IMG/VR virus record: IMGVR_UViG_3300025316_000011
Location: 17,023 to 81,022 of that record
Origin: a virus
DNA: 64,000 nt
Strand: one strand, 5' to 3'
Part shown: positions 36,811-47,144 of the stretch, piece after piece
Numbering within the stretch: position 1 is the first letter of the stretch
Layout of the letters: every line of letters begins with the position of its first letter
The notes under the pieces: generated by a model
What the model was told of the DNA's origin: nothing
What the model saw: only the letters and a program-made list of their open reading frames with translations
The model's database searches: none
Made by a program: the position numbers and the translations under genes

Positions 36811-38823
36811 TTATTTCCTCATATACATATCCGCCATCAATTTTGAATAGACCGCATCCTTCATCCTCTGCTTTTGTTTGAGGTCGTCATATTCAACCGG
36901 ACCGTAGATTAGGTTCACTAAAGCCTTGTATCTTTCAGTATCTTGGAGACCTGCGGTTTTAAGTCTTTCCAATTCCAAGGTAGCGTTCTTCGTGGCTACA
37001 TCGGCATCCATGGCTGACTGCGTAAGGCTAAACTGATTAGAAGTCCGTGCGTTTTCCGATTGAGCCTTTGTCTCCATTTCAGCATTAATCCCGGCATACT
37101 GCTCCCCGACTTTATTGGTGGCTTCGATACCAGAAGCGATAAGGCTTGGTATCATGTCGGTTCTGCCTGTTTGGGTAAGTTTCTCCACCCCTGCGTTTAT
37201 CTGCCTTCCTACTTCGTCTAAAGTAGCTTTTGGGTTCTGATAGCGGGGTGTTACCATTGTGGGAGTTCCGGCAGGAGTATTAGGTACTCTTACCTGTTGA
37301 GGTTTGGGTTGAAGAATGGTAATCAGGTTGGCGGCTACATCCCCTAACATTTTCTTTTCAGCATATCCAAATTTAAACTTACTACCTGTTTCAGTTGTTT
37401 TAGACAAATCAGGAGGATTCATCAGAGATTCAGGGTCCATTGTTTGGGGATCTTCTTTTTGAGGGAATAGTCCGCCTGATTTCGCAATATCATCCCATCC
37501 CGATAATGCCATGTCGGGGGTATCTTCAAACGTTGCATGTGGAGGTGTCTTAGGTGCAAAACCTGCCACATTTTCATCATATTTCCAATTAGGGAATGTC
37601 CCTAATCCCTTTGTTTTTCCACTAAGATCAAAAGCAGGATTCTCATATTTCCCTAATCCAATACCACTTGTCTTTAATTTACCTAATCCGATATTACTTT
37701 TAAAATCCCCTCCCGTGTCGGAGGTCCCTGTCCCCAAATCTCCCCTTACTCCTTTTTCAATAGGCACTTCATTGACGGGGCTTTTACTTGTCGGTGCGCC
37801 TGTAAATGGATTTTTGCCTTCCTTTACCAACTGCTTCATCCTTTCTGTATTCGGATGTGCATTACTCGATGTCCCAAACAGTGCGGAGAAATTAACAAGT
37901 CCTGTGTGTGGATTGAAAAATTCATCCCCATCTGGTGGATTATCTGCTCCGTTGACTGCTTTGCCAACACCATTGACATTTGGGATGCTATCGAGAATGG
38001 ATTTTAATGTTTCCCCTGAATTAAGTCTCCCCTGTTGATCTTTGTTTAGAATGGCATGGTTCTTAGGTAACTTTAAATCAATCCCGCCTTGAGCATGTGA
38101 CGGGCCTACAAGCGGCTTTTTGCTTATGATCTTATGGTTGTTATCAAATTCAACAACGATTTCTCCACCTTCGGCTTCAACGGGTGCGGAACCTGACTTG
38201 TTTTTGCCCCCATTTTTAAGAACAGGTTCTTCAAACGTGGCTTCCTTTGGAGTAGAAGGAGATAAGGCTTCCGTTGTCCCTGGTGCATCCATAACGGTCG
38301 AAGTAGGTCCCCCAATCAATGATGTGCTACCTGATCCCGGCAATGCGTTTTGAGTAAATGCGGGAGACGAACCACCTACCGATGCCCCATTTTGTAATAC
38401 AGAAGAAGTCATTCCCGCCCCTTCAAATGCACCTGCGCTATTTAATCCACCAACAACGGATGATGCTGCGCTTGCAACACCCATAACGGTATTATGGGTC
38501 TGCTCCATACCGTTGATTTTGTCAACCTGCTTTGGGTCGAGTTCTGTCCCGTTGATAAGGCTTACGTCACGATATGCTCCCGCCACTTTCCCCAAAGAAC
38601 TCCCTGCGGCATTCTGCGATACTGCGGTTTTACCCGATCTCCGGTATAACTTTTTTTTGGCTTTGTCGGCGGCACTCCCGGCAGCAAAACCATATATGCC
38701 TCCTGCCACGGCACCTACTCCAGCACCTATTAATGTCCCCACTCCTGGAATTACAGACCCTATCGTTCCACCTACGGCAGCACCCGTTACGGCATCGCTA
38801 CCTGCTGTTCCCCATTTATCCAT
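36811..38823 (-). CDS. virion cargo protein with glycine-zipper TM segment
   Basis: GAAVGGTIGSVIPGVGTLIGAGVGAVAGG; EAEGGE...GPSHAQGG motif; follows the muzzle gene. Confidence 0.7.
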   Translation of the reverse strand: MDKWGTAGSDAVTGAAVGGTIGSVIPGVGTLIGAGVGAVAGGIYGFAAGSAADKAKKKLYRRSGKTAVSQNAAGSSLGKVAGAYRDVSLINGTELDPKQVDKINGMEQTHNTVMGVASAASSVVGGLNSAGAFEGAGMTSSVLQNGASVGGSSPAFTQNALPGSGSTSLIGGPTSTVMDAPGTTEALSPSTPKEATFEEPVLKNGGKNKSGSAPVEAEGGEIVVEFDNNHKIISKKPLVGPSHAQGGIDLKLPKNHAILNKDQQGRLNSGETLKSILDSIPNVNGVGKAVNGADNPPDGDEFFNPHTGLVNFSALFGTSSNAHPNTERMKQLVKEGKNPFTGAPTSKSPVNEVPIEKGVRGDLGTGTSDTGGDFKSNIGLGKLKTSGIGLGKYENPAFDLSGKTKGLGTFPNWKYDENVAGFAPKTPPHATFEDTPDMALSGWDDIAKSGGLFPQKEDPQTMDPESLMNPPDLSKTTETGSKFKFGYAEKKMLGDVAANLITILQPKPQQVRVPNTPAGTPTMVTPRYQNPKATLDEVGRQINAGVEKLTQTGRTDMIPSLIASGIEATNKVGEQYAGINAEMETKAQSENARTSNQFSLTQSAMDADVATKNATLELERLKTAGLQDTERYKALVNLIYGPVEYDDLKQKQRMKDAVYSKLMADMYMRK

Positions 38824-38826
38824 AGC

Positions 38827-41800
38827 TTAATCGTATGAGATGTCAAAGTCACTGATTACACTCTTTAACTCTATATCCTGATCTCCTTCATAGACAAGGG
38901 TTACTTTTATCCATATACCTCTTAATTCGCTTGTAGTCTCATAGGCATCATTGTCCGCCGATGTTTGTATAATGACCGGAACGTGCCATTTGTGTTCAAG
39001 GTATTCTGCTACGTTCCAAAAATCACTACTCCCAAAACTATAATATCCCTCTTGGTATTGTGTCGTAAAGGTAATGGAACTTAACGGCACGTTAGCCATT
39101 TCAATATCGAGACTGTTGATAATCTTAACCAATTCGGCTGCGCTTTCCTTTTCAGATACCCCATTGATGATAAATGATATTTTCGTCTGCTGTTTGTTCC
39201 CAAAGAACGTAGCAAAGTTAGGTGTGCCGTCAGCCTTTACCTTTTGATTATACAGATACACCCTGTTATCGGTAATGTAGTCAAATCCTACCCCGATATT
39301 CTTATATCTGCTGTGTTGACTGAAAAGCATGTTCCCCAACGTCAGGTACAAATGCTCTGCAAAAGGGTAGTCCCCTCTATACCCGTCAATCTTTTCGGAA
39401 AAGATAATGGTTCGCATCAAATGACCATTCTCATAGGTAGGGATAGGAAGTAAAAAGGTCATACCTATTTCTTCATTGTCAATGTCTGCATAGGCTACAA
39501 TTCCGCACCCGGATAACGGATCATCCGGTAAATCATCGGAAGCGTCACGGTACGGAGAATAGGCATCCGAAAGTTTGGTAAGTTCATCCTGGATAAATGC
39601 CCTCCCTGATACATCTTCCATGACAAGCCTTGCACCTCCAGACAACATACGTTCGGTGTTTATCTTCCACCATACGTTTTGAATGAAGTCATATCCGTAT
39701 GTCCCCCGCGTTCCGTTGGTAATAGAACTTTTATGCTGTGTGCCAAACCATCCTATCTTTTCTATTTTATCTGAAAAGAAGGTAAGCGATGTACCGAGAA
39801 TTACGTCCTGCCCCTGATTGGTCTGCCCTACTACTTCTTCATTGAAAAATATCTGGTTAGTCCCGTTTCGTTGAACTATAAAGGCTTTTGACATGTTCTT
39901 TCCAATGTAGTTTATGTCCCCGTCCTCAATGGCGAAATCCTGATATGAGTTATCCTGAATTGACCTGTACCCGTCAAGGAATGCCCCCGCAATATGAGCA
40001 TCAGAAGCGTAAACCCTGTTTGGTTTGTTCTGTTCAAAGACAGGCTGCGTTACATCGTAACCCTTATAAGTCTTATCTGACTTTACCTTGTTATACCCAC
40101 TGTTGATCTGTAAGGCTTCTTCCATGTATTTCCCGGCTTCAATGGCAATAAATTGGTCAATGGTTATTCCGTCCACCATGCACTTAGGGAAAAAGGTGTA
40201 TTCGAGGTATTTGTCGGTAGTATTAGCGGCAATGACGTTATTCCTCATTCCGGCATTATACCTACATTCGACGGTAACGCCAATCATAAAGCCATGCTGA
40301 TACCAATAACAGTTCTTGTCAATGAAGTTACGGGCGTATCCGTCCTGCGTGCTACTGCAAATACTATTTTGAGCATCGCTATTGTTGTTGTGCGAAATAT
40401 TGTACCACCTGTGGGTCCTGAACCATACCTTCTGAAGAAAACAATCCCCTTTAAAGCACTGATACATGCTACTGAAATTGTTTATATCATCAAATGTCAC
40501 AAGTTCAGATATGATATTATATTGAGTAAAGGTAGTCCCAAAAGAATCATTGGTAGCCTTTATCCAATCAGAATCCATAGTGTTTTTATATACGCTGACA
40601 ATGCAGGTTCTTTCTTGGTTGTTGTTGTAATTGTAAGGTGATGAAGGGTTGTATTTTGCGTATAAACCTCTCATGGTTTTGTCCGTCGAAATATCCTCAA
40701 CTCCTATATAGGCGGAAGTACCAATATCCCGGTTCCAAATGTGAGAAAATGCTACAAATCCTATGTTCACTCCGTCACCCGTAAGGTGTGAAGTGAAATT
40801 AAGATTTCCTTTACCCTGTAAATGTTCTACCCTTGTTGCACTTACCTTTATATCATCAGAGGAAATAAGATCATCAGCCAACGATATTGCGTTAGCCGCT
40901 GCCATTGGGTTAAGGTCTATCCCGTAGATAGAACTCGAAGCCTTACTTGTGCGGGGTAATACCTTTCTCGCTGCTGTAATGATATATGGGTTTTCACCCG
41001 AAGGAGTAACGGCATCGAACTTAAACAATGGTTTGACCACTGCATTTGTCGGGACAATAATACCACCTTCATCAAACAGTAGGTCGGGGCAAAAGATACC
41101 ATGTTTGTTCCCGTATGGATTAGGGGAGTTAAACATACTCTCTGTATATGCCCCTGCGATGTTATCCCACCGTGCAGGGAGGGTAATCTGATGTTTAGAT
41201 GCTTCCACTATCCCACTGAAATTATAGGCAAAATACCCGTCAAATCCGGTAGGCTTGTAGTCCATACGTGGTGAAGGAGGGGTATGTGCTCCATAATCAT
41301 CGGTGTAACCATAATAGGCATCAACATCTTCATGGACAGTAGGCATATATCCCCGGTAAAGCGGGATGATAGCTGCGGTCAATGGAAAGAATGTAGTAGT
41401 GTTGTTGGCGATATTATGTGTGTCAGGTTGAATGTCTCCTTGAAATGAACATGGGTAGCTTCTGTTTTCATCTGTTACAGCAACACCATGATAACCATGT
41501 AATGATACTCCTTGACAGATAAAGTTGTCTATCCGGTCCGCCCTTGCAAAGTAAAAGCCCACAATGTCGGCAAAGTCAGTCTTATGATTGTTGTAGTAAT
41601 CCCTTGCGTAAGCGGTCATAAAAGATACCCCTGTAATCCTATCCTGCTTTGGAAATGTACTACCTCCATACATGGATGCAGTAGCCCAATCTGCGAACTT
41701 ATAAAGCCCCTTTTCGGTCAACTGACCAAGATTCCCCTGGCATGGGAACGCTTCTGAAATAGTCCCGTCAGAAAACTTGAAAACACATGCAAAAGGATAT

Positions 41801-43077
41801 ACCTGATCTTTGAAATAACCTACGTACTTATATACGTTTTCCGACACCGAATAGGCTGTTAACCCTCCGTTGACGGCATCATTGATATTTGTTGAAGCAA
41901 AATATTCATCATGGTAAAATTCACCTATTACGACCTTGCTGGCAAAGGATATAAGACTATCCCTTTTATAACTCAACGCTGACCGTTTCACGTTAGCCTT
42001 TAAAAGACGTTTCTCTATCTGTGTTTGAGTTTTAGAGATAGGATAAGGGAATGGTTCTTTTAGTATTTCTGTGTATAACAGGCTTTCCTGTGGCTCGTCA
42101 CCGTAAATGGAAAATTGACTTGACGTGCCGGAAATAGGATAGTAGTTTCCGATAAGCCATATATCCCGTTGTGCGGGGCCATTCTCCGTTGTGGCACTAT
42201 AACGGACAACTCCTACCTGAATATAGGAAAAATTAGGATCGAGATTGTCAATGTTTACGTCAATCCTTTTGTTGGTCACATTGTCTATACCCGTAGTCCA
42301 GTTCTTTTCCTGATAACCTACATGGTACTTAGGGACATTCCCAACATCAATGCTCAGCGGTCCTATCTCTTTTACGAAATTTGTTTTCCCGTAATTATAG
42401 GTGAGATAGCGGATATACAGGTATATGTTCCCCGGCTTTAAATACCCTCCATCAACAACCTGAACATCGTTTACCTTTATCTCCTTATTAGTGAATGGAA
42501 CATGGTTTAATGCCCCGTCAAAGTTACTTAAATACACATAACGGGGTACGGATTCCCCCGTCACCTTAAATCCATTATTGATTACCCTGTCGGGATTGTA
42601 GTTATCAATGAAATACAGGTCAACGGTGTTGTCGTAAGACTTTTTAGCAACGACATCGACCTGGTGGTGTATGCTGAAATTGAATTTTGTAGTCCTTAAC
42701 GGAAATGGACCATACGGCGGAGCATTCCCAGCTACGGGCATCCCTCCCCCTAAATTTAGCAACGGGAAATAGTATTTACTGAAACCTGCCGTTGCCCTGT
42801 TTGGAGTAGGATATGTCCCTATCTCTCCTTCTCCCGTAAGTTGATTTAAGGAAAAGATATAAGCCACTCCTTCAAGTTCACAACCCCCGATGATTTCAAA
42901 GCCTTCGGTAATATCAAAAAATTCCACGTTCCCCGGAACAACGGTAGCAATAAGTCCCTTCCCTGCTTTATTGAATACCCTTATTCCAACGGTAGGAAAT
43001 ACAATGATGTCTCCCTTAATGTCGGATACGTCAATGTCTGATATTATGTTCCCCGAAAACTTATTTATCTGCTTCAT
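38827..43077 (-). CDS. tail stabilisation/muzzle protein (crAss-like)
   Basis: 1416 aa, beta-rich; NKFSG.I.SD start, GEIGTYP, YFIDNYNP.R.IN, FKGDCF, LRG.WIKVTL end. Confidence 0.8.
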   Translation of the reverse strand: MKQINKFSGNIISDIDVSDIKGDIIVFPTVGIRVFNKAGKGLIATVVPGNVEFFDITEGFEIIGGCELEGVAYIFSLNQLTGEGEIGTYPTPNRATAGFSKYYFPLLNLGGGMPVAGNAPPYGPFPLRTTKFNFSIHHQVDVVAKKSYDNTVDLYFIDNYNPDRVINNGFKVTGESVPRYVYLSNFDGALNHVPFTNKEIKVNDVQVVDGGYLKPGNIYLYIRYLTYNYGKTNFVKEIGPLSIDVGNVPKYHVGYQEKNWTTGIDNVTNKRIDVNIDNLDPNFSYIQVGVVRYSATTENGPAQRDIWLIGNYYPISGTSSQFSIYGDEPQESLLYTEILKEPFPYPISKTQTQIEKRLLKANVKRSALSYKRDSLISFASKVVIGEFYHDEYFASTNINDAVNGGLTAYSVSENVYKYVGYFKDQVYPFACVFKFSDGTISEAFPCQGNLGQLTEKGLYKFADWATASMYGGSTFPKQDRITGVSFMTAYARDYYNNHKTDFADIVGFYFARADRIDNFICQGVSLHGYHGVAVTDENRSYPCSFQGDIQPDTHNIANNTTTFFPLTAAIIPLYRGYMPTVHEDVDAYYGYTDDYGAHTPPSPRMDYKPTGFDGYFAYNFSGIVEASKHQITLPARWDNIAGAYTESMFNSPNPYGNKHGIFCPDLLFDEGGIIVPTNAVVKPLFKFDAVTPSGENPYIITAARKVLPRTSKASSSIYGIDLNPMAAANAISLADDLISSDDIKVSATRVEHLQGKGNLNFTSHLTGDGVNIGFVAFSHIWNRDIGTSAYIGVEDISTDKTMRGLYAKYNPSSPYNYNNNQERTCIVSVYKNTMDSDWIKATNDSFGTTFTQYNIISELVTFDDINNFSSMYQCFKGDCFLQKVWFRTHRWYNISHNNNSDAQNSICSSTQDGYARNFIDKNCYWYQHGFMIGVTVECRYNAGMRNNVIAANTTDKYLEYTFFPKCMVDGITIDQFIAIEAGKYMEEALQINSGYNKVKSDKTYKGYDVTQPVFEQNKPNRVYASDAHIAGAFLDGYRSIQDNSYQDFAIEDGDINYIGKNMSKAFIVQRNGTNQIFFNEEVVGQTNQGQDVILGTSLTFFSDKIEKIGWFGTQHKSSITNGTRGTYGYDFIQNVWWKINTERMLSGGARLVMEDVSGRAFIQDELTKLSDAYSPYRDASDDLPDDPLSGCGIVAYADIDNEEIGMTFLLPIPTYENGHLMRTIIFSEKIDGYRGDYPFAEHLYLTLGNMLFSQHSRYKNIGVGFDYITDNRVYLYNQKVKADGTPNFATFFGNKQQTKISFIINGVSEKESAAELVKIINSLDIEMANVPLSSITFTTQYQEGYYSFGSSDFWNVAEYLEHKWHVPVIIQTSADNDAYETTSELRGIWIKVTLVYEGDQDIELKSVISDFDISYD

Positions 43078-44459
43078 CTTGTGATAGTCTTTAGGAAACG
43101 ATTAACTTTTGCAGGGACTACTATGGGTTCGGGTTTCTTTTCTTCGGGTTCCTTTTCTGGTTCTTTTGCCGGTGCCGTCGGTTTATCTGAATAGAAGTTT
43201 ACACCAAGTTTATCCATCAACTCAATATGGTCAAAAACTTCATCGAGTTTGTCACTCGGAAAGTCCAAATGTCTTGTTTTAACATCGCCGATTATCCCTT
43301 TTACATTCTCAATAGCTTCTTCAAGTGTGTTTCCGCAAGCGACTACCGCACCAATTTCCTGTAATTTATATGGTTGTGGAATTACCCTTGGAACTCCGTC
43401 AATGACAACGTAGTTTTTAAGGAAAACGTTGTTCCGGTACTTTTCATGTATTTCGACGGAAATAAAATGATCTTCTGAAAATTCAGAATGGATGATAACC
43501 TGAACACCAAACTTGTACTTGGTTATAGGTTCCACAATTTGTCCCATTCCCAATCCCATGTAAATATCGGCAATGTTCTCATACATATACTGCATAAGTT
43601 CTACCGGAGGATGTGGCATTCTGCATGTTGAATCAATAAAATAAGGTTTTTTCTCTTTACCGTACCGGATTTCGGTTGAAAAGTGTTGTTGGTATCCAAC
43701 TGCGGAAAAGGCTTCGGTAAATGCCGTGTTAATAACCTTAATAGGTTCAGGAACGTCTTTTATGTTGATAAACTTTGCCGTATAGGAACAGTCCTTTGTC
43801 TCAATACCACAAAGCATATTTTCGGCAAATTTACCCCCTGCGAAGAAAGTGTCACACCCAAATTCAACCATATCATCATCCCCAATCGGGTCCTGTACGA
43901 GAAATTCAATCTGTTCACGTAAGTCACCTAACCTGTAAGAAATATCATCCAATTCACTTGCTGAAATCCTTTCGTTGATATACTGCATGGTTTCAGTAAT
44001 GCCACGGAGATTTGATATTTTGATAAACTTCTTCTCCTTGTCTTTAAGGTACTCCCGTAACTTAGTTATGCCTTTAATTGGAGTAAAGTCATTAACGGGT
44101 AATCCTTTTGATTTAAGGAACTCTTGTAAATAACTACGGTCAAGTTCAAACTTTTTGCCGTAGAATGAAGAAACAACGTGTTTCCCTATTTTCCGTAAAT
44201 GGTCGGCTAAGTCTCCATCATAAACATCGGTAAATATGATAAGGTCCACCGTCTCATTATCTATAACCTTCCATAAGTCCTCAACCTTCTCAACTCCCGG
44301 AATGCCTACCCCAATGAATCGTGGATTATAGTCAGGAAATCCCGATTGTGTCCAAGGTGTAAAGTAATACACCTTTTTGAACTTAGGAACAAGTAAACGG
44401 GCAAGTTCACAACTCGACCCGTTATCATAAATCAACACAACCGCTTCTTTCGTTATCAT
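43074..44459 (-). CDS. ATP-grasp ligase (GAR-synthetase-like fold)
   Basis: ELDRSYLQEFLKSKGLP, KFIKIS, FLVQDPI, EFGCDTFF.GGKF, STEIR...PYFIDSTCRMPHP. Confidence 0.75.
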   Translation of the reverse strand: MITKEAVVLIYDNGSSCELARLLVPKFKKVYYFTPWTQSGFPDYNPRFIGVGIPGVEKVEDLWKVIDNETVDLIIFTDVYDGDLADHLRKIGKHVVSSFYGKKFELDRSYLQEFLKSKGLPVNDFTPIKGITKLREYLKDKEKKFIKISNLRGITETMQYINERISASELDDISYRLGDLREQIEFLVQDPIGDDDMVEFGCDTFFAGGKFAENMLCGIETKDCSYTAKFINIKDVPEPIKVINTAFTEAFSAVGYQQHFSTEIRYGKEKKPYFIDSTCRMPHPPVELMQYMYENIADIYMGLGMGQIVEPITKYKFGVQVIIHSEFSEDHFISVEIHEKYRNNVFLKNYVVIDGVPRVIPQPYKLQEIGAVVACGNTLEEAIENVKGIIGDVKTRHLDFPSDKLDEVFDHIELMDKLGVNFYSDKPTAPAKEPEKEPEEKKPEPIVVPAKVNRFLKTITR

Positions 44460-44851
44460 AAGGTCATTACAGTTTCATTGTGGCCATTCCATGAAATCCC
44501 CATAAATCCGCAAAGCATCATTTCGATAGAAGTAGCAAGTGCGTGCATGTTCATATATGGACACCTTGGATCAAAACCAGGTTCATCAATATCGCTATGA
44601 AGCCATTCTTCTCGTTCCTTTTCGTAAGCAAGATCAAAGTCCATTATATCCTGTTCTTTAATCTTATAAAAATCTGTAGTAATCCATTCCGCAAGTTCAT
44701 GCAAAGCCACAAGGCAATTATTTACTGTATGCGGCATCTTGGACACCCGGATTTGTAAAGTATCTCCTTCAATCCAATAGTCCCCACACGTTGAGTAACG
44801 CTGACTTTCGTGAGGGATGAACTCAATATTTATCCGGTTGATTTCTGTCAT
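44456..44851 (-). CDS. small zincin-like metal-binding protein
   Basis: QRYSTCGDYW...LVALHELAE...EPG.DP.CPY..MHALATSIE. Confidence 0.55.
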   Translation of the reverse strand: MTEINRINIEFIPHESQRYSTCGDYWIEGDTLQIRVSKMPHTVNNCLVALHELAEWITTDFYKIKEQDIMDFDLAYEKEREEWLHSDIDEPGFDPRCPYMNMHALATSIEMMLCGFMGISWNGHNETVMTL

Positions 44852-45183
44852 TGCTGCGGTTCATTTTCAGGTTGTCCCGGCTGCTGACCCTGCTGACCTC
44901 CACCTTGGCTGAATACCCCCACGATCATCTGTACCAGCTTTTTCACATCGTCAGGCTGTTTGATACTCATGTTACCAAGCGGTTGAGACTGACCATTAGC
45001 ATTCACCGCAATGGTTACATCAACGGATATGCCCCCGCCCTGCCCCGGCTGTTGACCCTGTGTAGGTCCACCTTGTCCCGGCTGCATAGGCTGTTGTCCC
45101 CCCTGCGGAGCCGACATATCGGCATTTACCAATCCATTAGCGGCACAATTCTTAGATTTCTTTTTAGTGGTTTTGTATTTCAT
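44848..45183 (-). CDS. Q/G/P-rich small protein with basic N-terminus
   Basis: MKYKTTKKKSKNCAANG...PQGGQQPMQPGQGG; ATG at 45183. Confidence 0.65.
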   Translation of the reverse strand: MKYKTTKKKSKNCAANGLVNADMSAPQGGQQPMQPGQGGPTQGQQPGQGGGISVDVTIAVNANGQSQPLGNMSIKQPDDVKKLVQMIVGVFSQGGGQQGQQPGQPENEPQQ

Positions 45184-45187
45184 GGTG

Positions 45188-46492
45188 TTACATTTTAAAA
45201 AGGTTGCTGACAAAATTAACGTCCCCGGCAAGGTCTGGCTTGTTGTATAACTGCATCCAATCATCCATGTTTGGGGTGTCCTGCTCTATGCCTTCCCCTG
45301 CTGATCGTGTGCCTGTTGTTGGTGTCTTTGGTAATGGCTTGTTTAAACTTGGCAAAGTGGTCCGCTGAACCGGGAATAAAGTAGTTTTCCCCGGTATCTC
45401 CAACTCCCTGTTTGACTTCTGATAACTTGTCATATCAGCCAACGAAGGAGTTAGATTCTGCGGTAATCCCGGTGGGGTCATTTTGGATTTGTATGACGGG
45501 TCAAACCATCTCCTTATTTCCCCTACCGTTATCTGCTGATCTTTGTCAACGTCAATGGCAGGGTTTAATTTGGCTAACTTTGCTCTTGATTGTTGGTCCG
45601 TCCCAATAGCGTAATCATCCGATTTACCTAATGCAGCGGGATACATATTCGCTATGTAAAGGTCCGATGGTTGTTTTATCTTGTCTTTATACTGGTTCCA
45701 ATATTTAAAGGCAAAAGGCAACTGCTCGGATGCTGTCATGTGCCGCAGTTCTTCGGCAGAAGTCCCCATAGCTTTTGCCGTGGAATCAATCATCTGAACG
45801 ATACCGCTTGCGGACCCATGTGGATTATGTGCGGAGGAATCACCACCGCTTTCGATATGAATAAGCCTGTTAACCCAATCCTTGTTTATCCCTGATTTCT
45901 TGGATAAAGATTCGAGGACGGAGTTAAATTCAGGATCATCCATTGCTTGATGTTTTACACCACCAGCGGCAAATACTTTTCTTGGTTGATCGTCAGCGGC
46001 AGAATATGGGTCCATTAAGGCGGTGCTTGCTCCACCACTTGCATTCTTAATCCCATTCTTACCTTTGGGACTTTGCATTTTATATTTAAACTGTTGTTTA
46101 TCCCCTAACTCACTCCATGTAGGATTATCAATAATAGTATCATTTGATCCTTTTTTACGATATTCCCTAACGTCCCCGAAATTAACACCTTTTGCTGATG
46201 AAGGATATTCTCTCATTTCTGCACCCGGACCCATTGGCACCCATTCATAAGGTGTTGGGACCATGCTTTTCATTGGATGCCTTAACAACGTATTGTTATT
46301 GGATGAGGGGATTCCTGTTGATAGAATAGGCTGCATTGGGATTAATGAGTTTGATGATAAATCAATATCATTAACAATCCCACCCGCTGCTTTATGCGAA
46401 GAATATTTTGCCCCGCCAATCTGCCTTTTTTTGGCATTTAGCAGGTCCATCCGGTTTCCGGTAGTGCTTTTCTTGCGTTTATGGGAGTACAT
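45188..46492 (-). CDS. virion cargo protein with lytic transglycosylase (SLT-like) domain
   Basis: LIHIESGGDSSAHNP..SASGIVQMIDSTA...EQL..A.KY...DLY.A..YP. Confidence 0.8.
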   Translation of the reverse strand: MYSHKRKKSTTGNRMDLLNAKKRQIGGAKYSSHKAAGGIVNDIDLSSNSLIPMQPILSTGIPSSNNNTLLRHPMKSMVPTPYEWVPMGPGAEMREYPSSAKGVNFGDVREYRKKGSNDTIIDNPTWSELGDKQQFKYKMQSPKGKNGIKNASGGASTALMDPYSAADDQPRKVFAAGGVKHQAMDDPEFNSVLESLSKKSGINKDWVNRLIHIESGGDSSAHNPHGSASGIVQMIDSTAKAMGTSAEELRHMTASEQLPFAFKYWNQYKDKIKQPSDLYIANMYPAALGKSDDYAIGTDQQSRAKLAKLNPAIDVDKDQQITVGEIRRWFDPSYKSKMTPPGLPQNLTPSLADMTSYQKSNRELEIPGKTTLFPVQRTTLPSLNKPLPKTPTTGTRSAGEGIEQDTPNMDDWMQLYNKPDLAGDVNFVSNLFKM

Positions 46493-47144
46493 GCCTTACG
46501 TGGTGTTTTACTTCATCCGACAATAACCATAACTTAGCGGGTTGAGGAAATTCATCAAAGGTAATCTTCATCTCCTGGTTAAGTTCATCCCGTGTCTTAA
46601 ACTGTAACGAGTAACATTGTGCTGCCAATATCTCGTTTTCTTTGTTCAACTTTACTTCCTGCCAAAAGTTAGCATTGATTTTTCCCGTCCCGAAGTCTGA
46701 AAACAACGCATTATACACACAGAACCATTCACATGCTAATTCGTGACCACGTTGTATTAACGGCTCCCCCGTTTCCATGTCAATAGGGGACCCGTAGTAG
46801 TCGATTAACGGGTTGGTGACTTTATCCCTTGGGTTGAAGATTAAGTATGAGCCTAAGTCGTTAAACTTAACTCTACCACCATTCCCGTGGCTGCCATGTT
46901 CGGTATAAACATCAACGATACGGTAAGTATTACACGGGACCCGCGCTTTATCGTTATAAACCTTTAACGGGACTTGTGTATAGATATACATATTGTCAAC
47001 GTTGACACAAATCTCGTTTTCAATCTGCATACACCATTCCAATACTTCCGCAGAAGAAACGGCCTTGTTAAAGCCTTTAAGCCGAGCCATGACCCGGTTT
47101 TCGATTTCAGCGTAATTGGCGTATTTATAGTTGTTGTCAGACAT
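46479..47144 (-). CDS. tail tubular/ring protein
   Basis: position after IHF-like gene; V.N.KA.VPC, IDYYG.PID.ETGEPLI...A..WFC pattern. Confidence 0.65.
   Translation of the reverse strand: MSDNNYKYANYAEIENRVMARLKGFNKAVSSAEVLEWCMQIENEICVNVDNMYIYTQVPLKVYNDKARVPCNTYRIVDVYTEHGSHGNGGRVKFNDLGSYLIFNPRDKVTNPLIDYYGSPIDMETGEPLIQRGHELACEWFCVYNALFSDFGTGKINANFWQEVKLNKENEILAAQCYSLQFKTRDELNQEMKITFDEFPQPAKLWLLSDEVKHHVRHVLP

Noticed and set aside
43074-44459. Annotation as auxiliary metabolic gene purD
   Set aside because: Lacks the N-terminal GxGGRE motif of PurD and sits in a virion operon; only the fold family is supportable
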